Positions 36,701 through 45,746 of a stretch of DNA of 60,985 bases are shown here, piece by piece (the stretch's first letter is position 1; every line of letters starts with the position of its first letter). Origin of the DNA: a virus (Duplodnaviria; Caudoviricetes); IMG/VR virus record IMGVR_UViG_3300048996_000173, positions 1-60,985 of that record. The stretch is one strand, 5' to 3'. The notes beneath the pieces were generated by a model, which was not told the DNA's origin, did not search any database, and worked only from the letters and a program-made list of their open reading frames with translations. Made by a program: the position numbers and the translations under genes.

Positions 36701-36712
36701 CCACACAAAAAC

Positions 36713-37170
36713 TTCACAGCGGAGGGCACGGAACAAGAGCCCCGAACGGAACACGGCAGGCAATACGGGCTGCGGCAGTTCATCCAGGTCGGCGGTTTGC
36801 AGCAGTCAGGCACATGCGAGGACACCACAACGCTCGTAAGTCTCAAGACTTATCCCCTCCGCTGTGAACACCACTGGGCAGCTGATCCCGAAAGGGCAAA
36901 GGCCCGAACCCGAAACTTGACAAGAGAATGTACGCCTCCTGAGGGCAGAAACTCAGGGCGCTCCCGCTAGCTAAGCCGATTAAGGCGACCCAGGCGAGGA
37001 CCGCGCCGGAGATGAATGCAATCCGGGTAACTAACTATGATCACGAACAAGCCCTGCCAGAGCAGGGCTGACCCTTGAATTGCCCCAGCCAGGATGCGCC
37101 ACTCCGTGAAACCCGGAAATCGACGCCTCCTGACTCGGGTCGAGCTTCACCCACAGGGGTGAGGTTGGAT
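36713..37170 (+). ncRNA. Structured non-coding leader or sRNA region
   Basis: 14-bp closing stem (36713-36726 with 36855-36868) plus many hairpins, and no credible ORF. Confidence 0.45.
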
Positions 37171-37186
37171 CTGAGAGGAATGCGCC

Positions 37187-37651
37187 ATGAGCAAGCGCGC
37201 ACTGGAAATGCCCGCGTTGAACCACGAGCCCGTCACTGAGTGGCACGCTCGCTACTGCCGGGAGAACGGCCACGCCACGCACCGGGTGGACGGCTTCCTG
37301 GAAGTGGACTGCCCTCGCTGCGGAGAGATGGTCTGGACGGGCAGCCTGCCCACGGTCAAGAGCTCCGAGCTCCAGCTCGGCGACGTCGTCCACGCCTACG
37401 GCATGCAGGTCAAGCTCGACCGCACGCCGTCGGTCTACAAGGCCAGTCACGGCGAGGGCAACGCCTACTCCTGGAACGGCGCGGTGCTCAACCCGGACCA
37501 GCGCGACAGCGCCCTGCCTGAGTCGTGGCTCTACCCGGACCAGTTCGTCGCCGGCCAGGGGTGGATCAAGGACAAGTCCGGCGGACCCCGCTGGACCATC
37601 CAGGGTAACGACCTGGTCCGCTGGACGATCGAGCCCCGCAAGGCGGTCTGA
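37187..37651 (+). CDS. Hypothetical early protein
   Basis: GAGG RBS and codon bias. Confidence 0.75.
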   Translation: MSKRALEMPALNHEPVTEWHARYCRENGHATHRVDGFLEVDCPRCGEMVWTGSLPTVKSSELQLGDVVHAYGMQVKLDRTPSVYKASHGEGNAYSWNGAVLNPDQRDSALPESWLYPDQFVAGQGWIKDKSGGPRWTIQGNDLVRWTIEPRKAV

Positions 37652-37653
37652 TC

Positions 37654-37746
37654 ATGCCGAGCCTGACCTTCACCCCCGCCGAGATGGCCGCTTGGCTCCG
37701 CGAGGAGCGCCTCGCGGAGATCGCCGAACAAGCCGAGGAGAACTGA
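37654..37746 (+). CDS. 30-aa hypothetical peptide
   Basis: MPSLTFTPAEMAAWLREERLAEIAEQAEEN fills the gap between its neighbours. Confidence 0.5.
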   Translation: MPSLTFTPAEMAAWLREERLAEIAEQAEEN

Positions 37747-37747
37747 A

Positions 37748-37999
37748 ATGATCAAGCTCACGCAGATCGCAGCCAACCACACGCAGGTCACCGTCGGGCG
37801 AGTGCAGATCGCCTTCAGCTACGAAACCCCGATCGGCTTCTCGGTCGACTGGTCCCCGTGGATCCTCCGGGAGAACTCGTGGGGGCCGACGACGGGCAAG
37901 CACCTGAACTACTACGACGGCGGCACTGCTGCGGCCAAGGCCAAGCGCGTCTCGCACGACGACTTCCCCCACCAGTTGGCACGAGCGCTGCGCGGGTAG
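37748..37999 (+). CDS. Hypothetical protein (FSYETPI...TTGKH family)
   Basis: GAGGAG RBS and a motif common in phage early genes. Confidence 0.75.
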   Translation: MIKLTQIAANHTQVTVGRVQIAFSYETPIGFSVDWSPWILRENSWGPTTGKHLNYYDGGTAAAKAKRVSHDDFPHQLARALRG

Positions 38000-38087
38000 C
38001 CTGACCCCATCCCTTGGCGCACAGCACCTCTCGGGGGTACTGTGCGCCTTGGAGGACAGTCAGTCCTAACTACAGGGAGTGATGAGA

Positions 38088-38645
38088 ATGACGATTCACC
38101 GCGACATGACCGGCGGTTCCTGGTACCGCAGGACGCTCAAGTACGCCTGGCACACCCCGAAGGGTGACGGCATCCTCGGCGACGCGCTCACCGACTACCG
38201 CGACGTGATCCTGCCCGCGCTCGATCGCCACTACGTCGACGTGACCGGCCTGGCCGCCACTGGCGGATTCATCGTCAAGGCGTCCGGCGAACTGGTCGGC
38301 GTGTTCTCCGCCTACAAGGGCCGTGGTGACGATCTGGTGGACGCCGCACTCAAGTCCGGCGCGACCCACCTGGACTGCTTCGACGGCTACCTGACCGAGT
38401 TCTACGCCCGGCACGGATTCATCGAGTACCACCGGGACCCGAACTGGACACCCGGCGGGCCGGACGTGGTCCTCATGGGCTTGCCGTCGTGGGTCCGGAG
38501 TGAGATCAAGGCGGGCAGGCTGCCGGAGGTCACCCCGCCGAAGTTCCCCGAAGGCACGCCGGAGTACGACGCCTACGCCGCCGAGCTGCGCGTCGAGCTG
38601 GCCAAGTTCTCGCGCGGCGAAGCGCCGTACGACGCGTCGCTCTGA
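38088..38645 (+). CDS. GNAT-like acetyltransferase
   Basis: KGRGDDLVDAA...LDCFDGYLTEFYARHGF. Confidence 0.6.
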   Translation: MTIHRDMTGGSWYRRTLKYAWHTPKGDGILGDALTDYRDVILPALDRHYVDVTGLAATGGFIVKASGELVGVFSAYKGRGDDLVDAALKSGATHLDCFDGYLTEFYARHGFIEYHRDPNWTPGGPDVVLMGLPSWVRSEIKAGRLPEVTPPKFPEGTPEYDAYAAELRVELAKFSRGEAPYDASL

Positions 38646-38647
38646 TC

Positions 38648-38854
38648 ATGCTCTGCCATCCGCGGAAGGGCAGGCGCGGCGGGATCCGTTGCTCCTGCCG
38701 CCACGGCCGCATGATGACGGCTTTCGACTGCGCCTCGGAGGTCTGGAGGGATCAAGCCGAAGCGGCCAGCAATGGCCACGACGCCGAGCTTGAAGAGTAC
38801 CGGCGGGACAATCCCCCGCCGCACCTGAGCGACTACATGAAATCGGAGTTCTGA
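38648..38854 (+). CDS. Hypothetical protein
   Basis: Tight operon packing. Confidence 0.55.
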   Translation: MLCHPRKGRRGGIRCSCRHGRMMTAFDCASEVWRDQAEAASNGHDAELEEYRRDNPPPHLSDYMKSEF

Positions 38855-38855
38855 G

Positions 38856-39110
38856 ATGAGTAATACGGTTTGGGATGCGGGGAGCGGTTGGCATGACGGC
38901 CAGGAGGTTGATGTCCAGCTCGACTCTGGTGGCCGGATCACCACTGCGCCGCGAGTCAAGTTCGTCGACGAGAGCGGCGCCGAGGTCACCATCCCGTGCC
39001 AGTGGATGGCCCTGTGCGACCACGACGCGGTCACCGTGCAGCCCCATCCGATCCTGGGCGACGTGCCGATCTGCGACCGTTGCAAGAAGCGCTACGACGC
39101 ACTGGCCTGA
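38856..39110 (+). CDS. Small Zn-binding protein
   Basis: CQWMALC...HPILGDVPICDRC. Confidence 0.7.
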   Translation: MSNTVWDAGSGWHDGQEVDVQLDSGGRITTAPRVKFVDESGAEVTIPCQWMALCDHDAVTVQPHPILGDVPICDRCKKRYDALA

Positions 39111-39210
39111 TCGGACCACCCTAGTCCGGCACGACTGGCAGCGAGAATCACACTCCGCCAGCCGTGCCGTTCCAAGGTCGCCTGACCTGATCCACGACGA
39201 AAGTGAGCAC

Positions 39211-39369
39211 ATGATGAACGCCAGCAAGCACCTGCACTTCGAGCGCACCAGCGCGCCGACGCGGGACCGCGTCACCACCCACCACAAGCCCGCCCGGGGC
39301 GCGGCCGGACAGCGTCGCAACGCCGCCCGGCACACCGTCGCGGCCGAGCGTGCGGGGGTCGAGCTGTGA
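39211..39369 (+). CDS. Small basic hypothetical protein
   Basis: ATG after GAAAG, overlapping the next gene. Confidence 0.55.
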   Translation: MMNASKHLHFERTSAPTRDRVTTHHKPARGAAGQRRNAARHTVAAERAGVEL

Positions 39370-39578
39370 GCAAGATCCTTGTCAACGTGACGGGCAACCG
39401 CAGCGAGCCGCGCACCGTCGAGGTCGACCTGCCCGACAGCATGACGGATCGTCAGGCTGTCGCGGACGAACTGTTCGGCTTGACCGGTGGCAACAACGAC
39501 ACTCTCGTGAGTGTCGGCATCATCCAGGCCGACCAGCGTCCCGAGCTGGTCGGCTTCGTCTACACCTGGGAAGGCTGA
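39366..39578 (+). CDS. Hypothetical protein
   Basis: GTGA overlap and codon bias. Confidence 0.65.
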   Translation: MSKILVNVTGNRSEPRTVEVDLPDSMTDRQAVADELFGLTGGNNDTLVSVGIIQADQRPELVGFVYTWEG

Positions 39579-39580
39579 CC

Positions 39581-40000
39581 ATGTCGAACCCCATCACTCA
39601 CGCACTCGACAACCTGGCACCGCTCACCAATGCGATCGATGACTTCGGCGCGCTGTTCACCGTCTCGCGCGGCCTCGGCGAGCAGGTCGGGCAGGTGCTG
39701 ACCTGCAGCGAGGCGAACCGGTTCGCTGATCTGCTGGACGCGCTCGGCCTGAGCGAACTGGCCGCCGACCTGCTCTCGAACCACTACCACAACGGCGACA
39801 CCGACGACGCCGGGTGGGAGAACCACTGGGAGTTGGTGGAGGTCACGCAAGGCGAGCCGAACGAGTGGTACCTGGACGAGCGCATCACCCCGGAGCGCGC
39901 AGGCTGGCACGACAACAACAGTCCGGCCGCCGACTACGACCCGAGCACCGACGGCGGCGACAACAGCGCCGAGCTTCGATCGACCGCTGACTACCGCTGA
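39581..40000 (+). CDS. Acidic hypothetical protein
   Basis: GAAGG RBS and codon bias. Confidence 0.7.
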   Translation: MSNPITHALDNLAPLTNAIDDFGALFTVSRGLGEQVGQVLTCSEANRFADLLDALGLSELAADLLSNHYHNGDTDDAGWENHWELVEVTQGEPNEWYLDERITPERAGWHDNNSPAADYDPSTDGGDNSAELRSTADYR

Positions 40001-40009
40001 CCGGACATC

Positions 40010-40043
40010 TTGACTGGTGCGGCGAACCTGCGATAGGTTCGCC
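40010..40043 (+). promoter_or_regulatory. SigA-type promoter with overlapping palindrome
   Basis: TTGACT-18-TAGGTT, overlapped by GGCGAACCT-gcgat-AGGTTCGCC. Confidence 0.6.
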
Positions 40044-40080
40044 GTGCTACCTGGCCGTCCGGCCACCACAAACGAGAGAG

Positions 40081-40854
40081 ATGATCCGAATGAGCACTGA
40101 GACCCTGCGGCCGCGCGATTGCCGCAACATCCTGAAGCTGTTCCGCGAGATCCCGGCCGACGTCATCGCCGAGGGCCGCGAGTGGTACCCGCGAGCTCGG
40201 GCCCTGGCCGAAGAGCTGGCTGACACGCACGGCCACGTGAGTCGGCACTACTCGAACCTCTGGGACGCTGAGGTCCGCAAGGCTGCGGCCGTCATCGCCG
40301 TACTGTCGCCGCGCGTGAACTGGGAGCGGAACAAGATGCTCGCCCGGCTGGTTTATGACCTGGCCGCGATCGAGACCTGGACCGTCGACATGTCTGTCGA
40401 GGAGGTCCGCAAGGGATGGGGTTACGGCCTGTCGGACGGCGCGGGCAAGGCGTTCCGCATCCTCGTGCTCAACGAGGACCCGGACGACGTGGTCGGCGGC
40501 CCGAAGGTCCGGCAGTTCTGGCAGACCATCGTCGACCCGACCGACTCGCGCGCCGTAGTGATCGACCGGCACGCGATCGATGTTGCGTTCGGGCGGATCC
40601 TGTCCGACGCCGAGCGGGGTCGCGCGGTCGGGCCGGCGGGCGCGTACGACCACCTGTCGCAGCTCTACCGCAACGCCGCGCGCATCATCTCCCGCGAGCT
40701 GGCCGAGGCCGCCATGGTCGGCCCGAACTCCGGCAGCATCACTCCAGCCAGCGTGACCCTGACCCCCGCCGAGCTGCAGGCGATTACTTGGACCTACTGG
40801 CGCCGCACGCGCGCCGCGAACGCTAAGGCCAACCGCAAGACCGAGGGGAAGTGA
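40081..40854 (+). CDS. Conserved phage protein, HhH DNA-glycosylase-like
   Basis: WY...AVLSP...W..N, GPKV, VIDRHA and LQAITW. Confidence 0.55.
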   Translation: MIRMSTETLRPRDCRNILKLFREIPADVIAEGREWYPRARALAEELADTHGHVSRHYSNLWDAEVRKAAAVIAVLSPRVNWERNKMLARLVYDLAAIETWTVDMSVEEVRKGWGYGLSDGAGKAFRILVLNEDPDDVVGGPKVRQFWQTIVDPTDSRAVVIDRHAIDVAFGRILSDAERGRAVGPAGAYDHLSQLYRNAARIISRELAEAAMVGPNSGSITPASVTLTPAELQAITWTYWRRTRAANAKANRKTEGK

Positions 40855-41123
40855 CGACGATGAGCGATCGAGTCGATTTCGACGCCGTAGACGCCAAGCA
40901 CGCCGCCGGACTCGAGGAGGCCAAGGCTGCCGCCCGGGTTGCAGCGAAGGAGGGGTGGGGCGTAATCCGTCCCGGCGACCGCAAGGCGCACTACTACGTC
41001 GATGCCTTCAGCCTGTGCCGCCGCGTCGGCTTCTACTACGGTCCGCTCGACGTACTGGACAAGCCGTCGCCGGACGACTGCGCGGCCTGCCGCAAGAAGC
41101 TCGACAGGAACAAGGGGAACTGA
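40851..41123 (+). CDS. Small Zn-binding protein
   Basis: KAHYY...SLC...CAACRKKL. Confidence 0.7.
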   Translation: MTTMSDRVDFDAVDAKHAAGLEEAKAAARVAAKEGWGVIRPGDRKAHYYVDAFSLCRRVGFYYGPLDVLDKPSPDDCAACRKKLDRNKGN

Positions 41124-41125
41124 CC

Positions 41126-41398
41126 GTGGCGATGAGTCTCAAGATGGCCCGCTGGATCGATCAGATGGCCGCAGCGGCTGACAAGGCCGCCCGCGCGGTC
41201 TGGTCGGGCAGGGGCGAGGAGCTGATCCACCTACCGCGTGGGACCGAGGTCCCCAAGTCTCGAGAGTCCGGCGGCGACACGTTCATCTCGGCGATCGACC
41301 TGCTTCGCGCCCTGGTTGCCGAACACGAACGCGACAACGCCACCGACGAGGAGTACGAGCCTGTCGACATCATCCTGCCCCCCAAGGAGATCCGGTGA
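41126..41398 (+). CDS. Hypothetical protein
   Basis: Operon packing and RBS. Confidence 0.6.
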   Translation: MAMSLKMARWIDQMAAAADKAARAVWSGRGEELIHLPRGTEVPKSRESGGDTFISAIDLLRALVAEHERDNATDEEYEPVDIILPPKEIR

Positions 41399-41547
41399 CG
41401 CCCGTTTTGCTGGCCTGGTCGCTGTTCATCGCGGCCATGGCCGCCCTGCTCCTGATCCTGCTCACCGTCCGCCACCCGGTGCGGCTCGTGCCGTTCTGGG
41501 TGGCCCTGATCATCCTGACCCCCCGAGCCCTTGGAGGCTACGCATGA
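41395..41547 (+). CDS. 50-aa two-TM membrane protein, not in the ORF track
   Basis: AAGGAG RBS, with GTGA and ATGA overlaps on either side. Confidence 0.6.
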   Translation: MTPVLLAWSLFIAAMAALLLILLTVRHPVRLVPFWVALIILTPRALGGYA

Positions 41548-42260
41548 GGCGCATCCTGATCCAGGCCGTCGCCGTACTCGCTCTGGGCGGCGCGGTCGCT
41601 GGTCTCGCTGTCCGGCCCGCGACGTTCGAGCACACGCCCACCCCGGACGGGACGTTCCGCTACGACGAGCGCCCCGCGCCGTCGCCGCTCATGCCTGCTG
41701 GCCACCACCCTGAGCCAAAGGTCAATGGTCGGCAGGCCAAGGCAACCACGACGCCCTGGTCCGAGGGGTGGCAGTTCCGCTACCGCTCGGTCTGCATCGA
41801 GTCCGGCATCACCGGTGCGCCCCTGGCCAACGTGGCCTCGATGTTCCGCGTGAAGGGCATCGAGGTGTTCGTCCGCTTCGGCTACGGCCACTGCGCGGAG
41901 GCTGGCTTCGATGCCTCTCAGCGCATCGTGTTCAGCTACTACACCGCGGCTGACAAGGTCGATCCGAACCTCAAGGGCGCCTGCGCCTATACGCAAGCCG
42001 GGAGCTACGGCTTCCTGACCAGCGTCTACGTCCGGGTGAACGTGCTCGGCGGCGCCGGCGGGATGCGTACGGCGTGCGGCGACGTCGCCTCCGGAGAGTG
42101 GCAGGACGTCTTCGGCCACGAGGCTGGACACAGCTTTGGCCTGTCGCACGAGCAGCCGTACGTCACGTCCATCATGCGAGATGGGCGCTGGACTTCGGCG
42201 ACCGATGTGGCCTACCTTGGCTACATCTACGACAACAACCCCAAACTTCGGAGGTCCTGA
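41544..42260 (+). CDS. Secreted zinc metallopeptidase (metzincin/matrixin-like)
   Basis: Signal peptide, HEAGHSFGLSH and a SIM Met-turn. Confidence 0.8.
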   Translation: MRRILIQAVAVLALGGAVAGLAVRPATFEHTPTPDGTFRYDERPAPSPLMPAGHHPEPKVNGRQAKATTTPWSEGWQFRYRSVCIESGITGAPLANVASMFRVKGIEVFVRFGYGHCAEAGFDASQRIVFSYYTAADKVDPNLKGACAYTQAGSYGFLTSVYVRVNVLGGAGGMRTACGDVASGEWQDVFGHEAGHSFGLSHEQPYVTSIMRDGRWTSATDVAYLGYIYDNNPKLRRS

Positions 42261-42742
42261 TGAAGATCGAGAACCAGTACGGCGACGAGACGCGCCGCCT
42301 CACCACCGGCCGCACGCCCGGCCGCACGCCCGGCTCCAACCACGACACCAACATCGTGATGTCGCGCGACGAGTACGACGGCGATCGATACACCGGCGGA
42401 ACGGTGCTGGTCGGGATGAGCCTGAACGTCGAGCAGTCCCGTCAGCTGGCCTACGACCTACTGAAGCGCATCGGCGACCCGGTCCCGGAGCCGCCGGCCA
42501 AGCCCTTCGAGCCGGGTGAGTTCGTGCAGAACTGGCAGGGTCAGCCGACCAAGCCGCAGGTCTACCGCCTCGTCGAGCCGTACGTGATGCACGGCAACGA
42601 GCAGTGGTGGAAGGTGCAGTACCTGGTCGGCGGCGGCGAGGTCAAGCACGCTCAGATCCAGACCAACCGTCCTGGCACGGAGTTCCGGCGGGTCAAGGTC
42701 GAGGTCACCAAGGCGTTCGAAGCCTGGGAGGTGGTTGAGTGA
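42260..42742 (+). CDS. Hypothetical protein
   Basis: GGAGG RBS and TGATG overlap. Confidence 0.7.
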   Translation: MKIENQYGDETRRLTTGRTPGRTPGSNHDTNIVMSRDEYDGDRYTGGTVLVGMSLNVEQSRQLAYDLLKRIGDPVPEPPAKPFEPGEFVQNWQGQPTKPQVYRLVEPYVMHGNEQWWKVQYLVGGGEVKHAQIQTNRPGTEFRRVKVEVTKAFEAWEVVE

Positions 42743-43014
42743 ATCGGATCGTGCAGTCTGGGCTCGGCGTCGGCGCGGCTGTCGTGCTGGCGCTCGCCCC
42801 CGCCGTGTTCCTGGTCGGCGGCTTCGTCATCGGCCTCCTGATCTACAACGAGCGTCGCAAGCGCAAGACGCGCAAGCCGGCGGCTCCCCGCTTCGCCAGC
42901 GGCGGCACGATCCCACCGTCGCCGTACAACCGGCCGATGGATGACCGAGTGCTCTTCGTCATCCCGCCGCCCAACTTCGACCGCCCGACAACCTGGTACG
43001 ACGAACGGAGGTAG
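42739..43014 (+). CDS. Membrane protein
   Basis: N-terminal TM segment followed by a basic patch. Confidence 0.65.
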   Translation: MNRIVQSGLGVGAAVVLALAPAVFLVGGFVIGLLIYNERRKRKTRKPAAPRFASGGTIPPSPYNRPMDDRVLFVIPPPNFDRPTTWYDERR

Positions 43015-43019
43015 GTGAG

Positions 43020-43895
43020 ATGACGCTCTTCATCGTGTGCGCCATGCTCGCATGCGCCATGACCATGGGATTGGCGCGGATGGTGATCCAGAGCAAGCAG
43101 GTGCGCAACGAGGCGCTGGAGATTCTGACTGAGAGGCACCACAAAGAGCTCGCCCTCCATCGCGAATGGGACGAGCGAGCGAGCGAAGCGCTGGCCCCGT
43201 ACGACGCCGGGGGATTGCTGCCGCCTGGCTCTACCACGCACTGGCGAGACCGAGCGGTCGCCCGCCCGACGCCCGTCGAGGTCGACGAGGAGTACGAGGG
43301 CGAGCCGATGTCCGACGAGGACTGGCAGCTCCACGCGTACGGGCCGGATACCATCTACGGAATCGTGCAGGCCACGATCGAGCGCATCGACGCCGAGCTT
43401 GACAAGCCGTATGCGATCGCCCGAGCTTGGGCCGACGGCACCCTGGTCGCCGCGGAGCAGCGTGCCGAGCAGGTCCTGTCCGACGCGCACGACGAGTTCG
43501 AGCGCGAGCAGGCCGCCGCTCAGCTGCAGCAGGCTCACCGCGAGCTCGCCTGGATCTACGACGGCGGCGTCGGCGCGGCCGGCATCGAGAGTACGGCGTA
43601 CGACGCTCAGTTCGCCTTCGGTCAGCTGGTCGAGCGGAAGCGCCGCGAGATCGCCACCCGCAAGGCGCTGGGCGTCGGGAACGCTGAAGCTCACGGGTTC
43701 GCGCAGCCGCACGACCGTAACGCCCTCTACTCCCTCTATTCGAAGGCCGGCCTCATCGACGACACGGGCGACACCGTCGAGGTCCACTCGTGGGGCCAGG
43801 CCGAGCCGATTCAGGTCCAGGTGATGCGGTTGGTGAGCTCTGGATTCATCACCCAGGAGTACGCCCTCCAGATGATTGAGGAGGGAGAACGATGA
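43020..43895 (+). CDS. Membrane-anchored hypothetical protein
   Basis: N-terminal hydrophobic segment and RBS. Confidence 0.65.
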   Translation: MTLFIVCAMLACAMTMGLARMVIQSKQVRNEALEILTERHHKELALHREWDERASEALAPYDAGGLLPPGSTTHWRDRAVARPTPVEVDEEYEGEPMSDEDWQLHAYGPDTIYGIVQATIERIDAELDKPYAIARAWADGTLVAAEQRAEQVLSDAHDEFEREQAAAQLQQAHRELAWIYDGGVGAAGIESTAYDAQFAFGQLVERKRREIATRKALGVGNAEAHGFAQPHDRNALYSLYSKAGLIDDTGDTVEVHSWGQAEPIQVQVMRLVSSGFITQEYALQMIEEGER

Positions 43896-44359
43896 CCGAC
43901 CCGATCCAGCCCACCTATCGACGCGAGGAGGTGGAGCCTGAGAAGATCGCAGTGCCCGCACCCGAGGTTCCTGCCCGGCCGGCTCGCCCGGAGGAGATCC
44001 CTGGCGGCGCCCGCACGGTGCTCAAGCGCCTGGAGAAGCACGGCTGGACCACGGAGGCGCTGTACGCACGAGGGCCCTGGGTCGACAATGCCATGACGCC
44101 CGACATGATCACGATGTGGGAGGTCGACTCCGCCGGCCAGGCCGAGCCGGCCACCATCGTCGCGGTCACCGCGAGCATCCTGGTCAGGGGCCGCCGCGGC
44201 CGCCAGCAGGTCGCGGCGCTCTGGGTCTTGCGCCCGGGGCTGAAGGACGCTACGTTCAAGTTCCATTTCGCCTACACCAAACCCACCCCCGCCGGTGCGA
44301 CCACGGGTCGCATCGACAGCAAGCAGCTCAAGCAGCTGACAGAGAGCGAGGCATCATGA
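43892..44359 (+). CDS. Hypothetical protein
   Basis: ATGA overlap and RBS. Confidence 0.7.
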   Translation: MTDPIQPTYRREEVEPEKIAVPAPEVPARPARPEEIPGGARTVLKRLEKHGWTTEALYARGPWVDNAMTPDMITMWEVDSAGQAEPATIVAVTASILVRGRRGRQQVAALWVLRPGLKDATFKFHFAYTKPTPAGATTGRIDSKQLKQLTESEAS

Positions 44360-45312
44360 CCGAAACCAACATGGAACGCATGTACGCAATGGCGCTGGAG
44401 GCGAGCGTCAAGACCACCGTGACCCACGAGCTGGCCGACGGATCGAGCATCGTGTTCGAGATGCCGAACGGCGCTCGCTTCACTACCGGCCGGGCAGCGG
44501 AGGAGCGGGAATTCCGTCGCGGTCAGTCAGTGCTGACGCTCGACCGCGGCGATGAGTTCGTGACCTTCTGGCCGATGCAGCCCGGTACGGCCGCAAAGCC
44601 GGGCCAGGATCACTCCTACCGGATGATCTTCAAGGAGCGGCCGCTCGAGGTGGGCGACTGGGTGAAGTGGGCCGAGCATCCGGACGCGCTCCCCATGCGC
44701 GCCGACTATGTGGCCAGTGCCGCCCAGGATGGACGCGGAGCGTACTGGTCCCTGCGGACCTCGAACGGCGGAAACATCGGAGCGTTCGAGAGGGACCTGG
44801 TCCGCGTCGACGCGCCGGCCCCGACCGGGCGGCCGAAGTTCGTGGTTGGCGACATCGTCCAGGTGCCGGGAAAGTACTTCCACGGCTGGACCAAGCCGCG
44901 CGCCATGGTCGTCACCGAGGTGATGTGGCGTTGGAGCAAGGACCTCACCGGCGAGTGGGTTTACATCCTCGACAGCCGCAAGGGCGACCCGTCGCCGCAC
45001 TCGTTCGCCGGCGCCTCGGTTGCCGACCTGACCAAGCTCCGCCAGTGGCCGATCCGCGTCGGAGACTTCGTCCGCGCGAACTACCCGCGGATCGATGGTC
45101 TCTCAGGCGAGGTGTGGAAAGTCTCCGGTGTTGACCGTCACGCCTACGGCAACTCGAGCGACCCGGACCAGTGGCTGATCTACGGCAAGGATCTCGCCGG
45201 AGTCGAACACTCGGACGAGGGCCTCTTGCTCGACCAGGTCGACGTGAAGGTCACCAAGACCGACCGCAAGGTCACCGTGACGTACGACGAGAAGTGGGAG
45301 GTGCAGGCGTGA
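44356..45312 (+). CDS. Protein with three small SH3/KOW-like beta-barrel repeats
   Basis: VGDWVK, VGDIVQ and VGDFVR repeats. Confidence 0.6.
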   Translation: MTETNMERMYAMALEASVKTTVTHELADGSSIVFEMPNGARFTTGRAAEEREFRRGQSVLTLDRGDEFVTFWPMQPGTAAKPGQDHSYRMIFKERPLEVGDWVKWAEHPDALPMRADYVASAAQDGRGAYWSLRTSNGGNIGAFERDLVRVDAPAPTGRPKFVVGDIVQVPGKYFHGWTKPRAMVVTEVMWRWSKDLTGEWVYILDSRKGDPSPHSFAGASVADLTKLRQWPIRVGDFVRANYPRIDGLSGEVWKVSGVDRHAYGNSSDPDQWLIYGKDLAGVEHSDEGLLLDQVDVKVTKTDRKVTVTYDEKWEVQA

Positions 45313-45387
45313 GCGATCAGATCGACCCGACGAACATGTCGCACATGCTCAACCTGAACGGCGAGTTTGAGAAGGGAGGTGAGAGCG

Positions 45388-45591
45388 GTGGGAGATCCGA
45401 AGAAGGCTGACCCGACCTACCCGACAATCGTCGTGCACGCCGAGGGCGTGATGCCGAAGAATGCCGCCGAGCTGGGCATCCTGCACGAGCAGATCGAGAA
45501 GGTCCGCTACGGCACGGGAGCCAAGGCCAGCGACGTCAAGGCGACGCTCGGCCCGCTCGGCAAGACGATCGAGTTCTCGTTCCTGGTCTAG
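45388..45591 (+). CDS. Hypothetical protein
   Basis: GGAGGT RBS. Confidence 0.6.
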   Translation: MGDPKKADPTYPTIVVHAEGVMPKNAAELGILHEQIEKVRYGTGAKASDVKATLGPLGKTIEFSFLV

Positions 45592-45746
45592 GCCAGCTAC
45601 CCTGGTGTCACCGGTCGCCTCGGGGGCGACGCGGCCGGTGATGCTGGGGGCTTTGGTGGACAACGACGAGATCATCGCAGGATTCCGGTCTATCACGGAA
45701 CGGTGGATTCTTGACCTGCGGAAGGAATTCGGCGATGATGGGCTCC

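Noticed and set aside
36878-36915. GCTGATCCCGAAAGGG resembling a c-di-AMP or c-di-GMP riboswitch
   Set aside because: Only one hairpin matches and the remaining consensus elements were not found.
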